Shown here one piece after another: positions 9,355-19,343 of a DNA stretch of 64,000 bases. Within the stretch, counting starts at the first letter, position 1. Every line of letters begins with the position of its first letter. A program made the position numbers and the translations under genes. Origin of the DNA: an uncultured bacterium (lineage in GTDB: Bacteria; Poribacteria; WGA-4E; WGA-3G); the NCBI GenBank assembly GCA_964652195.1, contig CAZZBB010000060.1, positions 39,003 to 103,002 on the forward strand, given 5' to 3'. Below the pieces are notes generated by a model that was not told the origin of the DNA, did not search any database, and saw only the letters and a list, made by a program, of their open reading frames with translations.

Positions 9355-9660
9355 TTATTCGCTAATTGGAATTGGTGGTTTTTGCATGGGTTCGTAGTGA
9401 AGGACCATTAGTTGCGGTGCCCGAAACCCGAGGGATTGATAGGTGCGTCCATCTTGGTCACTAAATTCAACTTCATAAGCATTACCGTTTGATAGTATCT
9501 CGACGACTGTACCGACCTGTCCTCGCCACAGACTATGTTCAGGTAGATCATGTGTGAGTGCAACAACATCAAAAAGTTCAATTTTCTCTACATTTCCTTG
9601 CCTTATATAATAATCAGGTAAGTTTCCTATATTTGTAGCATTAAAAAATTTCGATTTCAC
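9355..9660 (-). CDS. DUF4926-like small protein
   Basis: 101 aa. Pattern FDVVALTHDLPEHSLWRGQVGTVVEIL...AYEVEFSDQDGRTY resembles DUF4926. Confidence 0.45.
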   Translation of the reverse strand: MKSKFFNATNIGNLPDYYIRQGNVEKIELFDVVALTHDLPEHSLWRGQVGTVVEILSNGNAYEVEFSDQDGRTYQSLGFRAPQLMVLHYEPMQKPPIPISE

Positions 9661-9778
9661 AGAGTTTCTCCTGTATTTATAATGGGTAAGCAGTTATCAG
9701 TCTTGGTACATCTGAATCTGGTGCAATAATCCAGGCGCTCCGAATTAGTGCTTGTCTGTTCCGCCAAGCAAATAAGAA

Positions 9779-10153
9779 TCAATGAACCCAGCTCCCTCTG
9801 AAATTCCTTATCGCTTTATTTGAGCTGAGTATATCTAACTTACTAACTGCTGGGTATGAATTAGGACCTTGTGCTTTTTGGGTATCAATACTACCCAATT
9901 CCAATTTTGCTGAAGAAAATTCTTTTTGTGTTGTGGAACTCAGGAACGGTAGCATTCTACCTAATAACGGTTCAATACGGGTAATTAACAAAATGTAGGT
10001 CATGATTGATAAACACACCATAACGATTGTCGCGATTTCTACAGACAGTCCGATATATAGCAAAATTGGATAACACCCTATAAGTGGTATAGTTATTAAG
10101 ACTGCACCGATTAGCCAAAGCGTATTTTCTTTAATAGTCTCAATCATCTTCAT
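9779..10153 (-). CDS. small membrane protein (2 TM)
   Basis: 124 aa. Hydrophobic helices LWLIGAVLITIPLIGCYPILLYIGL and IATIVMVCLSIMTYILLI. Confidence 0.4.
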   Translation of the reverse strand: MKMIETIKENTLWLIGAVLITIPLIGCYPILLYIGLSVEIATIVMVCLSIMTYILLITRIEPLLGRMLPFLSSTTQKEFSSAKLELGSIDTQKAQGPNSYPAVSKLDILSSNKAIRNFRGSWVH

Positions 10154-10406
10154 CTCTTAGCTCCTTTTTCAATTCTCGGTAAGTTCGAATCGTTGTTTTT
10201 GCAATAAATCGTAATGCACCTACTATACTTACGACAATTAAAGTCACATAACTGATGTATTCCATAATTTGAGGCCATTTGGCACCGATAGTATAGTTGG
10301 CAAGTTGGGTTAAGCCGTAACCTAACAAAATGTAAACGACAACATATAATGCTTCAAGAACTATAACAAATAGTGAGTTTAGGAAAACGATAAACTTATG
10401 CTTCAA
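10140..10406 (-). CDS. small membrane protein (2 TM)
   Basis: 88 aa. Overlaps the downstream ORF by 14 bp (operon-like). Confidence 0.4.
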   Translation of the reverse strand: MKHKFIVFLNSLFVIVLEALYVVVYILLGYGLTQLANYTIGAKWPQIMEYISYVTLIVVSIVGALRFIAKTTIRTYRELKKELRDEDD

Positions 10407-10433
10407 ATTACTTCTCGGAATTATGGTTATTTA

Positions 10434-10919
10434 TCAGTTTTGAACGTCTTCTCTCTGTATTATGATTCTATCTGGTCCGGATAAAGCTGGAACTGATAAA
10501 GTCTCCCCCTCTTTAAGCTTGTTGGCGATGTATATTATGCTCTTAAAAATATGTTCATTGATCGCATCATTGTCTTTTTCAATGTTTAACGCTTCCGCCA
10601 TTGGCAGCACAAATATCTGAAGGACCTCCTTGAAGATAGCATGTTGACTGTGCGTCAACAGTTCTAATAGTAACATGGATCTATCGATGAGTGTATCGGG
10701 GTCATCTGGAGAAACGGTTTTTTTCTCTGCAATACCACGCAAAATGACATATCCAACGCTCCACCACATCGGCGCCATAAATCTGGATGTCTCTTCAGAT
10801 GCGATTTCTTCAAAGTAGGGTTGACACTGTTCAGCAAGATAATGTTCGAAATCAGCAATGTGTTGTTCTGCCCATTTGATGTTAGCTTTATGCTTTCTGT
10901 TTTGTGACATTTGTTTCAC
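10434..10919 (-). CDS. hypothetical protein
   Basis: 161 aa ORF with no known domain. First gene of a 3-gene minus-strand cluster. Confidence 0.45.
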   Translation of the reverse strand: MKQMSQNRKHKANIKWAEQHIADFEHYLAEQCQPYFEEIASEETSRFMAPMWWSVGYVILRGIAEKKTVSPDDPDTLIDRSMLLLELLTHSQHAIFKEVLQIFVLPMAEALNIEKDNDAINEHIFKSIIYIANKLKEGETLSVPALSGPDRIIIQREDVQN

Positions 10920-11136
10920 TGTATACTGGAATTATCAAAATGGATTTAGGCAGTAGATGTTGTGTAATATTTTCAACGAATGTTTTTACGATTAAGTGTA
11001 GTATAACATACTAAATAGGTTTGTGTCTAATATAGAAAAAGCGAAAATTAAATATGAAATGTGGTTTCACAGTTTATTCCACTCAAATTTACAATGGATA
11101 GGTAGATTTCAATCTTCTATTGTTATTTCCGAAAAA

Positions 11137-12321
11137 CTAATCCTCTATCTGCGGAACTGATCTTGCCCTTTCTGTCATAATTATATTAAGAATTTCATCT
11201 GCAATAAATAGACGATTCCGCTGTTGACCTGTCATTTCTCTTAATATATTTTTTTCTACAAGATAATCTACACTACGTTGAACCGTAGTAAATCCCTCTT
11301 CCCATTCTTTTGCTAATTCTGAAACAGAAACAAGCGGGGTACTAAACAGATGTTCAATTAACGTATTTACAACTCTTGGTACCCTTGTCCCCGTCACTAA
11401 TTCTCTATACTGATCTCTTAAGGTTAAGATCTTTTGAATTGTCAGCAACGCATCTACTGATTGTTCACATATCCCTTTTAAGAAAAATGTAATCCACCTA
11501 TTCCAATCACCCTGTTGACTTACATTCAACAGGAGTTCGTAATAGGTGTCTCTATGCCGTTCAAAATAATCCGAAATGTATAGAAGTGGTAGAGATAATA
11601 TCTCTTTTTCAATTAACATTAGAATAATCAGGAGTCTTCCTATTCTTCCATTTCCATCAATAAATGGGTGAATTGCCTCAAATTGATAGTGAACCAATGC
11701 ACTTTGAATTAAGGGTGGTTCTTTCGCGTTGGAATGGATATACCTTTCCAGCTCTGAAAAACACGCTTTCATTTCAGATACTTGTGGTGGTACGTAAGTG
11801 GCATCCATCAGTGTGCATCCCGGTTTACCGATCCAGTTCTGTGTCGTCCGCATTAATCCCGGTGTTGCCTGTTCTCCACGAACTCCACGCATTAAGACTT
11901 CATGCATTTCGCAGAGTAATCTTGAACTTACAGGTAACTTCTGCATTCTCTTTATCCCATATTCCATTGCGTCAACATAGTTTGCAAGTTCCTGTACATC
12001 AGGCATTTCTGGTGTTGCAGTATTATCTACTTCAAATAGATAAAGCTGATCTAAACCAGATTGAGTGTTTTCAATTCTGGAACTCATGACCGCTTCCCGT
12101 CGAATGAATGGACCAATTAATAAGTGTGGGTTTGGCAATAGTTGTCCTGCCCCAGACAATTCTCCCAGTTTTATATTTGCTTCTGAGAGAAGATTCGCTA
12201 ATTCCCAATCCAAGTCAATTTGTGGTGGCAATGGATTCGGAACATAACACCAATACGGGTGTTTACCTAAACTGCGAATACATTTACCTGCACTTGAATT
12301 TCTAAAATTTTCGGGATTCAT
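11137..12321 (-). CDS. fic: Fic family protein (AMPylation/Fido domain) with C-terminal wHTH
   Basis: Canonical Fic motif HPFIDGNGRIGRLL. 394 aa. Confidence 0.9.
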   Translation of the reverse strand: MNPENFRNSSAGKCIRSLGKHPYWCYVPNPLPPQIDLDWELANLLSEANIKLGELSGAGQLLPNPHLLIGPFIRREAVMSSRIENTQSGLDQLYLFEVDNTATPEMPDVQELANYVDAMEYGIKRMQKLPVSSRLLCEMHEVLMRGVRGEQATPGLMRTTQNWIGKPGCTLMDATYVPPQVSEMKACFSELERYIHSNAKEPPLIQSALVHYQFEAIHPFIDGNGRIGRLLIILMLIEKEILSLPLLYISDYFERHRDTYYELLLNVSQQGDWNRWITFFLKGICEQSVDALLTIQKILTLRDQYRELVTGTRVPRVVNTLIEHLFSTPLVSVSELAKEWEEGFTTVQRSVDYLVEKNILREMTGQQRNRLFIADEILNIIMTERARSVPQIED

Positions 12322-12334
12322 TTTAATTCCCTTT

Positions 12335-12398
12335 ACGATAATAAAGATTTTCTTATTATCGTTTAGACCCCTTTACGATAATAAGGATTACTTTATTA
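12335..12398. promoter_or_regulatory. two similar hairpin/operator-like palindromes in the fic promoter region
   Basis: acgataataaagattttcttattatcgt (10 bp arms) and a second ataataaggattactttattat box ~40 bp further on. Confidence 0.3.
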
Positions 12399-12459
12399 TA
12401 CCTCAATAAATATAAATCATATCTCTAAATCGCGGTTTTCAAGGAAAAGAGTTGTTTTC

Positions 12460-12498
12460 GTCTGAATCGCGGATTACACGGATTACGCGGAGAAGAGG
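12460..12498. repeat. left inverted repeat bounding the R-M/HicAB island
   Basis: gtctgaatcgcggattacacggattacgcgg is the reverse complement, 30 of 31 bases matching, of 20092-20122. Confidence 0.55.
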
Positions 12499-12537
12499 AT
12501 TAGTGCTGTGTCAAGTATTTTCTGATGGCACTAAAAA

Positions 12538-12607
12538 GTCGGGAATTGGAGTTCCCTTCTACAATACAAACATTCTGTAGGAGCGATCTCCGAATCGCGA
12601 CCTACAA
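12538..12607. repeat. ~70 bp palindromic repeat element, copy 3 of 4
   Basis: gtcgggaattggagttcccttctacaa ... tgtaggagcgatctccgaatcgcgac. Track ORFs 12525..12755 and 12559..12774 here are judged spurious. Confidence 0.6.
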
Positions 12608-12842
12608 AATAGAACTTGACCAAGCATTAGTCCCAACCTATGCAATAAAGGGTATTCAAGGGTTGTCAACAAAAGAGAAGGTATATCCAGCAGCTTGTCA
12701 TATAGGGAGCTGGTTTTCATTTTACTCTGACAGAAAGCAGGACATTCTGGTATAATTGAGATTAATACTGTCATAGACTTGTGATGGCAATGCTACGCGT
12801 AGTTTAGCAATCCCATAACACAGAACCGAAGGAGCAAGCCAA

Positions 12843-14474
12843 TTGCCAAAAAAGAACACTTCAACAGATCCCGTCCAAGCAACACTCCCTTTCCCAACTC
12901 AAGACGATGAACAATTAGATATATCCACATTGGAAACATGGTTATTAGATGCCGCAAACACAATCCGCGGTGCAAGTGATGCCCCAAAATTCAAAGATTT
13001 CATCCTACCGCTCATTTTCTACAAACGCCTCTCCGATGTATTCGATGATGAATTTTCTAAACAGATAGCAGAATTTGGCGATGAAGAATCAGCCAGAGAA
13101 ATCATTGCCGTAGACCACGAGGACGCACTAAAAGCAGGACGTAACCCAATCGTTCGGTTTTATATCCCGCAGCAGTATAGTTGGGAGAAACTCCGCAAAC
13201 AACCTGCTGATGGACATCTGGGGGAGTTTGTCACCGAGGCGATGCGTGAAGTTGCACGGCTAAATCCACGGTTGGAAGGTGTACTTAATGTGCAAGATTT
13301 TAACGAAACACAAAGCGGACAACGCACACTTGATGAAGATAGGTTAGAAGCACTCATTGAGGTGCTAAGTCGACATCGGCTTGGACTGCAGAACACGGAA
13401 CCGGACATCCTCGGTCGTGCTTATGAGTATCTGTTACGGAAATTCGCGGAAGGACAAGGACAAAGTGCTGGTGAGTTCTACACACCGAAAGAGGTCGGTT
13501 GGTTGATGGCGCGTCTCATCAACCCTGAACCTTACACAAAGATCTACGATCCAGCATGCGGGTCTGGTGGACTACTTATCAAAGGACGATTGCTATTTGA
13601 GCAGACACATCCTGATGAAAAGAGCCAAGCACCGAAAATCTACGGACAGGAACTAACACCGACAACCTACGCTATGGCAAAGATGAACGCCTTCCTACAC
13701 GATTTCATCGGTGCGGACATTCAGATAGGTGATACTTTCCGCAACCCCCGATTTCTTGCAAATAACGCTACGTTACAACGATTTGACTACGTGATGGCAA
13801 ATCCGATGTGGAATCAGAAGGAATATGATGACGACTTTTATGAAAACGATAGTTGGCAACGATTTACTTCTGGCAAGCCACCGAGTTCATCTGCGGATTG
13901 GGCATGGGTGCAGCATATGTACGCTTCTTTGAAAGATAACGGTCGTGCAGCAATTGTGCTGGATACAGGAGCAGTTTCGCGCGGTTCCGGGAGTAAAAAC
14001 ACAAATCGCGAAAGAGACATCCGCAAAAAATTCGTTGAAGAAGATCTAATTGAAGGTGTGATACTCCTACCCGAAAACCTGTTTTACAACACAACTGCCC
14101 CGGGAATTATCTTGCTGTTGAACCGCAGTAAACCCGAAGAACGTAAAGGTGAAATCTTACTCGTTAATCTCACGAACTATTTTGAGACTCAGAAACCGAA
14201 AAATGTCTTAACGGACGATGGGATTGATGCCGCAACTGAAGTTTATAACGCATGGGAATCGCGTAAGAAATTTAGCCGTGTGATCACACTGGAAGATGCA
14301 CAGAAAACAGATTACAACCTGAGTCCGTCGCAGTTTGTGGATGTGGGAGACACCATTGAACACCGACCTATGAACGACATTCTTGCAGACCTAACAGAAG
14401 CGCGCCTCACCCGAGAAAAAGCGGATAATGAATTGGAAGCGGTGTTGGCACAACTTGGATTGAATGGAACATAG
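12843..14474 (+). CDS. hsdM: type I restriction-modification system methyltransferase subunit HsdM
   Basis: N6-adenine MTase architecture. N-terminal HsdM-N region (LETWLLDAANTIRG). Catalytic NPMW motif (a variant of NPPF/Y). AdoMet-binding DPACGSGG. Confidence 0.9.
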   Translation: MPKKNTSTDPVQATLPFPTQDDEQLDISTLETWLLDAANTIRGASDAPKFKDFILPLIFYKRLSDVFDDEFSKQIAEFGDEESAREIIAVDHEDALKAGRNPIVRFYIPQQYSWEKLRKQPADGHLGEFVTEAMREVARLNPRLEGVLNVQDFNETQSGQRTLDEDRLEALIEVLSRHRLGLQNTEPDILGRAYEYLLRKFAEGQGQSAGEFYTPKEVGWLMARLINPEPYTKIYDPACGSGGLLIKGRLLFEQTHPDEKSQAPKIYGQELTPTTYAMAKMNAFLHDFIGADIQIGDTFRNPRFLANNATLQRFDYVMANPMWNQKEYDDDFYENDSWQRFTSGKPPSSSADWAWVQHMYASLKDNGRAAIVLDTGAVSRGSGSKNTNRERDIRKKFVEEDLIEGVILLPENLFYNTTAPGIILLLNRSKPEERKGEILLVNLTNYFETQKPKNVLTDDGIDAATEVYNAWESRKKFSRVITLEDAQKTDYNLSPSQFVDVGDTIEHRPMNDILADLTEARLTREKADNELEAVLAQLGLNGT

Positions 14475-14715
14475 ATAACCCAACCTATATGAGAGGCTCA
14501 GGGTTATTTATAGTAAAGTTAATAATTAATGAGGTATTTCGACGTTGACGAAGACCACCCAACGTAGTGGCGAGCCCCCCCGCCCGTTGTGGAGTGTTTT
14601 ATTAATTCCAAAGTTTACTATAGGTTGGACAGTTTTAAGAATTAAACAAAGACTTGAAAGTCTATTCTTTATGTTTAGACACATCCCTCACTGCTGGTGT
14701 TTGGGATTTAATGTT

Positions 14716-14829
14716 ATACCATTTCTGATATATCACAACTCTCTTTTGTAGCATAAACTTTTAGTTTGTGCTACACAACACTTCATCTATAGTAATTGCT
14801 AATGGAACAAAATTAATAGGAATGGTATT
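14716..14829. mobile_element. MITE-like element, copy b (inverted relative to copy a)
   Basis: Terminal inverted repeats ataccatttctgat ... aggaatggtat. The core matches the reverse complement of 3488-3548. Confidence 0.5.
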
Positions 14830-14932
14830 AGATAGCATTCACCAGACTGTTGTTTGATAAGAGCTTATTAATTGATGAGTTAAGCCACAACCTGAAACTT
14901 GCCGAAAAAGATTACTATTGACTAAATCGGCA

Positions 14933-15008
14933 GCACCAGCGGTGCGGAAGGTGTGTAGAAACGTAAATGCCATAAGTTTCCGAGCACCAGCGGTGCGAAA
15001 GGTGTATG
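14933..15008. promoter_or_regulatory. two tandem palindromic boxes gcaccagcggtgcgRaaggtgt upstream of hsdS
   Basis: Direct repeat at 14933-14956 and 14983-15008. Each contains the palindrome GCACC-AGC-GGTGC. Confidence 0.3.
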
Positions 15009-15222
15009 TATACAGTTGTTAAAGAAATTACGAAAATTGTCCAAACTATAGTATAGTTTTTCAGACGCAAAACATCAATGGGAGCGGTTCTTAAGGATCT
15101 TATTTTTATACACAAAGCATCGGATGAAAAGGAATTTCTTGACCAAATTGAATTTATTCCGCTATAATGATGGACGCAAATTATGAGTCCTAACATTTGC
15201 ATGGGAACAAAGAAAGGTTGTT

Positions 15223-16458
15223 ATGGATGATATGAATATGCCAGAACATTGGGAAGTGATACCTTTAGAAAACGCGGTCAATATCTTTGATAAAAAGAGA
15301 ATTCCACTCAATGAAAAACAAAGGCAAAAAAAGCAAGGAAATTACCCTTACTGTGGAGCAAATGCAATCGTAGATCATGTAAATGATTATTTATTTGATG
15401 GTGAATATATTTTGTTAGCGGAGGATGGAGGGTATTGGGGTTCTTTAGAAAATTCTGCTTATTTGATGAGAGGAAAATTTTGGGTTAATAATCATGCCCA
15501 TGTTTTACAAGCTAAACAAGGTCTATCAGATAATTACTTTTTGATGTGTCAACTAAATTATCTTGATATTACACCATTTATCAGCGGCACAACTCGCGGA
15601 AAGTTGAATCAGGGAATGATGAAGCGGGTCCCATTAGCGCTTCCACCACTCCCCGAACAACGCGCCATCGCCCACATCTTACATACAATCCAAGAAGCAA
15701 AATTCACCCGAAAACGCGAAATTGAATTAGAACGCGAACGAAAAGCAGCATTGATGGATTATCTCTTTACACACGGCACAAAGGGTGAACTCCGCAAGCA
15801 GACAGCAATCGGTGAGATTCCTGAGAGTTGGAAAATAGTGAAGTTGGGAGAAATTGCAGACATTGTTTATGGGGTTCAAGCAGCTGTAGCAAAACTTCTT
15901 GATGAATCAATAGGTCTTCCAATTTTGACAAACATAAACATTACATTAGAAGGAACTCTGGATTTAACAAAACTACGCTACTATGAATTACCGGAAAATA
16001 AAAGAGAAAAGTTGATCTTGCGAAAGGGTGACCTGCTGTTTAACTGGAGAAGTGGAAGTCAACATCATGTAGGAAAAACTGCTTTATTTGATAAAGATGA
16101 AGAATATACTTTCTCTTCGTTTATTCTGCGTTTTCGTCTTTCTGATCAAATAGACAATATCTTTGCTCTCAACTATTTTCATTATCTAAGAACAAAAAGG
16201 TTCTTTGAAAAGAAACGTTCTCAATCGTCAATCAATTCGGTCATGAATGCAAGTCGAAGTGCGGACATTCCTATGTTAGTTCCATCAATTAATGAACAAT
16301 TAAAAATTGGTGATACGCTGCAAAAATTAAATGTGAAAATAGCAGCTCTTGAACGAGAAGTTGAACTCATAGACGAACTCTTCCACGCCATGCTCGAAGA
16401 ACTCATGACAGGGCAGCGATCTGCTGTGCCACTGATTGATACCAAATTGCTGAACTAA
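15223..16458 (+). CDS. hsdS: type I restriction-modification system specificity subunit HsdS (two target-recognition domains)
   Basis: Conserved HsdS central and C-terminal conserved regions (LPPLPEQRAIAHIL... and ...EREVELIDELFHAMLEELMTGQ). 411 aa. Confidence 0.9.
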   Translation: MDDMNMPEHWEVIPLENAVNIFDKKRIPLNEKQRQKKQGNYPYCGANAIVDHVNDYLFDGEYILLAEDGGYWGSLENSAYLMRGKFWVNNHAHVLQAKQGLSDNYFLMCQLNYLDITPFISGTTRGKLNQGMMKRVPLALPPLPEQRAIAHILHTIQEAKFTRKREIELERERKAALMDYLFTHGTKGELRKQTAIGEIPESWKIVKLGEIADIVYGVQAAVAKLLDESIGLPILTNINITLEGTLDLTKLRYYELPENKREKLILRKGDLLFNWRSGSQHHVGKTALFDKDEEYTFSSFILRFRLSDQIDNIFALNYFHYLRTKRFFEKKRSQSSINSVMNASRSADIPMLVPSINEQLKIGDTLQKLNVKIAALEREVELIDELFHAMLEELMTGQRSAVPLIDTKLLN

Positions 16459-16751
16459 CAGATGTCATTGACAACAAACGCTATTTGCGTTAAAACAATT
16501 ATCACATAACAACTGGTTTTCTACTTCCACTTTCGCAAGTGAAGTGTCAGGCAAGGAGCATCTGGCATCCTGAAAATCCTAAAATCCCGCAAATTCTGAT
16601 TCTGAAAACTAAAACTGAAAGCCTCTGGTGGGATGTTGTAACCGGTTGCGATCTTGGTTGTGATATGCTAAAATTCCACACAGGATTTTAGTAGACGACT
16701 CAATTAACAGCGGAACGTTTGAAATTAATTGAGGATGGGACAGACAGAAAA

Positions 16752-17819
16752 ATGAGATGTTTTGAAACCCGCGGTCCTGTATATCCGGAGGACAACTACG
16801 TCGTTGCACGCACAGATGAACTTTCGGATTTTGTCAATCGGTTGGAAAAGGGTCGGTATATCGTCCTTTTCGCCCCACGGCAGACAGGAAAGACCACGTT
16901 CTTCCGCAGTGCGTTAGATAGGCTCACAGCCGAGGCGTATTTCCCAATTCAGATTGATTTTCAAGCGTCCAACAACCTTGAACCTTCCGAGTTTTATGAA
17001 GGCATTTACGACGATATTCGCGAGGAGATAGAAAATGTTTTTCAAAGACGCGGCAGCTTGCCTTCTGAGGCTTTAGAGCAACTTTTAGACAACACAAAAC
17101 TCACCAACTATCTTTCTTTGCGAAGGTTTTTTAGGCGACTTTCAGATGTGCTGGAAAATCAGAAGGTTGTCCTGATCATTGACGAATTTGACGGTATCCC
17201 CCGAACGGTTGTAAGTGATTTTCTATATACACTCCGCCACATCTACCTTTCCAGAAGACATCGATCCCCACATAGCGTCGGCATCGTCGGGGTCAAGAGT
17301 ATTTCCCAGCTAAACTACGATCGTTCTATTTCTCCCTTCAACATCCAGGATGAGTTCAAATTGCCCAATTTCACCCTTGATCAGGTGCACGAGCTGCTTT
17401 CGCAATACACAGAAGAAGTGGGGCAGCCCTTCGACCCCGCGGTTATTGAATCTATTCACAAACAGACAGCTGGACAACCCGTACTCGTCAATCGATTCGC
17501 GCAGATCCTTACAGAGGAATTGGACATTGCCAAAAGTGAACCAATCACACTGCAACACTTTTCAAAGGCACTTGTCCAACTTCTTCGCGAAGGACATACG
17601 AACATTGATCACCTGATAACCAATATCCGTAGGAATCGGCGGTTTGAGTCGCTCCTTATGAAAATCGCCTTTTATGATGAAGGCACAGAATTCAACCTTT
17701 ACAATGAACTCATCAATGAACTCGCCACTTATGGTGTCATCGCCGAAGGGGAGGACGGTATGTGTGAAATTGTCAATCCGATTTATCACTATGCATCATG
17801 CGGGAATTCAAACCAATAG
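16752..17819 (+). CDS. P-loop ATPase (archaeal-type AAA/Arch_ATPase-like)
   Basis: Walker A LFAPRQTGKTTF preceded by VARTDELSDFVNRL. Walker B LIIDEFD. Start taken at the internal ATG (MRCFETRG). Confidence 0.6.
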   Translation: MRCFETRGPVYPEDNYVVARTDELSDFVNRLEKGRYIVLFAPRQTGKTTFFRSALDRLTAEAYFPIQIDFQASNNLEPSEFYEGIYDDIREEIENVFQRRGSLPSEALEQLLDNTKLTNYLSLRRFFRRLSDVLENQKVVLIIDEFDGIPRTVVSDFLYTLRHIYLSRRHRSPHSVGIVGVKSISQLNYDRSISPFNIQDEFKLPNFTLDQVHELLSQYTEEVGQPFDPAVIESIHKQTAGQPVLVNRFAQILTEELDIAKSEPITLQHFSKALVQLLREGHTNIDHLITNIRRNRRFESLLMKIAFYDEGTEFNLYNELINELATYGVIAEGEDGMCEIVNPIYHYASCGNSNQ

Positions 17820-17940
17820 TGAATGGATTGGAGCAGGAATATTTACCAGAAGACAATGCAAGCTGGGAATAGATGTTCCAAAGGGCACACTCAAAAGTGT
17901 TCTGAAACAAGCGGGACTCAAGGTTGAAGTGATAAACTGA
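17731..17940 (+). CDS. hicA: HicA-like toxin ORF (degenerate; its 5' end overlaps the ATPase gene)
   Basis: C-terminal DVPKGTLKSVLKQAGL matches the HicA family C-terminus. Upstream residues MHHAG sit where GSHH normally is. The start is uncertain. Confidence 0.4.
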   Translation: MVSSPKGRTVCVKLSIRFITMHHAGIQTNSEWIGAGIFTRRQCKLGIDVPKGTLKSVLKQAGLKVEVIN

Positions 17941-17951
17941 TGTAATATGTT

Positions 17952-19319
17952 GTGATTTATGAAAAGGGGGACAGCAGTTATGGTGCTTATGTTCCCGATC
18001 TCCCAGGATGCATCGCTGTAGGTGATACACTGAAAGAAGTCGAAACATTAATTCAAGAAGCTATCGAATTTCATATTGAAGGATTACAAGAGGACGGTGA
18101 CGATGTTCCACAACCCTCTATAAACATCCCTGTTCAGTATGATATTCCATATCTTGGTAAACACAAAGTCATTGAAAACTATGTATATAACGATGATCCT
18201 GCTCTCTTTACTTGTAAGAACTCTGCGGGACAACTCCACCTTGTTGCTGTTGGTAAAAACGATATACAAAAAACCTGGCTCCGTGTTGGAATCTCTAATG
18301 AACGGTTTAATTATATCCGCACTGGTGGATTAGAACTTCGTAGTGCTTTCACCGATGCTGGGTATGGTTCTCTGCTACAGGTAAGAGTACCATACGACGA
18401 TTCTATAGAACCTTCACTGAAGGTCCTCCATCCCAATGAAATCCCTGAGGACCTGCTCCCGCTTCCAGGCGAACGACTCGGACTAAAAACCGAAACACTT
18501 CCTGCACTTAGCAATGCACAAGAAATAGCTTCATCCAGTGCTCGAGAACTTCTGAATTTTGCCTTCAATTTTGGTGGAATTTTCAGAACAGAAGCACCGA
18601 TCGACTCTTTAGGCAATATTCTAACCGGATTACAACAAGTAATTAACAGAATCGGTGCAAAATGTGTTAATTCAACATCTAAAAAGATACCTGAAGACAT
18701 CAAAAGCAGTATGGGGATCTCGCTATTAGAAGTTGGTGCAGGTTCATTTGAGATTCAACTTGCATCGACAGAGTATGTTGGTATATTGAAAGAGTCTGAT
18801 CTTGGAAATGCAATTAATGACTTTCTGAAAATTCTTAATTCTGGATGTAACCAAGACCAACTGAAACCACTCATGGAGCACTTCGGACCAAGAATAGCAA
18901 AGGAATACACTGAGTTTCTCAAACCACTCAGCGAATCCGCAATAGATACCAGATTCACGTGGACATCGCCACATCCTGACCGCGGTGGAACAGCCCAACT
19001 ATCTAAGTCTCAAATGGTAAAAACCATTGATATTCTTGAGAAGATTCAAGAAAAAACATTAAAAACAATAAGAATCCCCGGTACATTAGTTGGTATTTCT
19101 CTCAGATCCAAATCATTTGAGATAGAAACGTCTAATGATAACTATTATGAAAGAGATTTCTTTAAAGGAAAGATCACGGATGAAGTTTTAGAGACTGAAA
19201 TCGTAAAGAACGCTGCAGTAAACAAGCAATATACTGCAGAAATACAAGGTTTCGCTGAAATTGGTGAGACAAAAGATGAAACCAATATTAAGTTCCGACT
19301 ACTTAGTCTCAGTCAGTAA
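17952..19319 (+). CDS. HicB-like antitoxin N-domain fused to a ~400 aa uncharacterised C-terminal domain
   Basis: N-terminus YGAYVPDLPGCIAVGDTLKEVETLIQEAIEFHIEGLQEDGDDVPQP is the HicB/UPF0150 fold. The remaining ~400 aa have no recognised domain. Confidence 0.6.
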   Translation: MIYEKGDSSYGAYVPDLPGCIAVGDTLKEVETLIQEAIEFHIEGLQEDGDDVPQPSINIPVQYDIPYLGKHKVIENYVYNDDPALFTCKNSAGQLHLVAVGKNDIQKTWLRVGISNERFNYIRTGGLELRSAFTDAGYGSLLQVRVPYDDSIEPSLKVLHPNEIPEDLLPLPGERLGLKTETLPALSNAQEIASSSARELLNFAFNFGGIFRTEAPIDSLGNILTGLQQVINRIGAKCVNSTSKKIPEDIKSSMGISLLEVGAGSFEIQLASTEYVGILKESDLGNAINDFLKILNSGCNQDQLKPLMEHFGPRIAKEYTEFLKPLSESAIDTRFTWTSPHPDRGGTAQLSKSQMVKTIDILEKIQEKTLKTIRIPGTLVGISLRSKSFEIETSNDNYYERDFFKGKITDEVLETEIVKNAAVNKQYTAEIQGFAEIGETKDETNIKFRLLSLSQ

Positions 19320-19343
19320 TCTTACTGCAACTTAGATACAGAT

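Noticed and set aside
12525-12774. Two overlapping 70-76 aa ORFs on opposite strands
   Set aside because: They coincide exactly with palindromic repeat copy 3. The ORFs are produced by the hairpin repeat and are non-coding.
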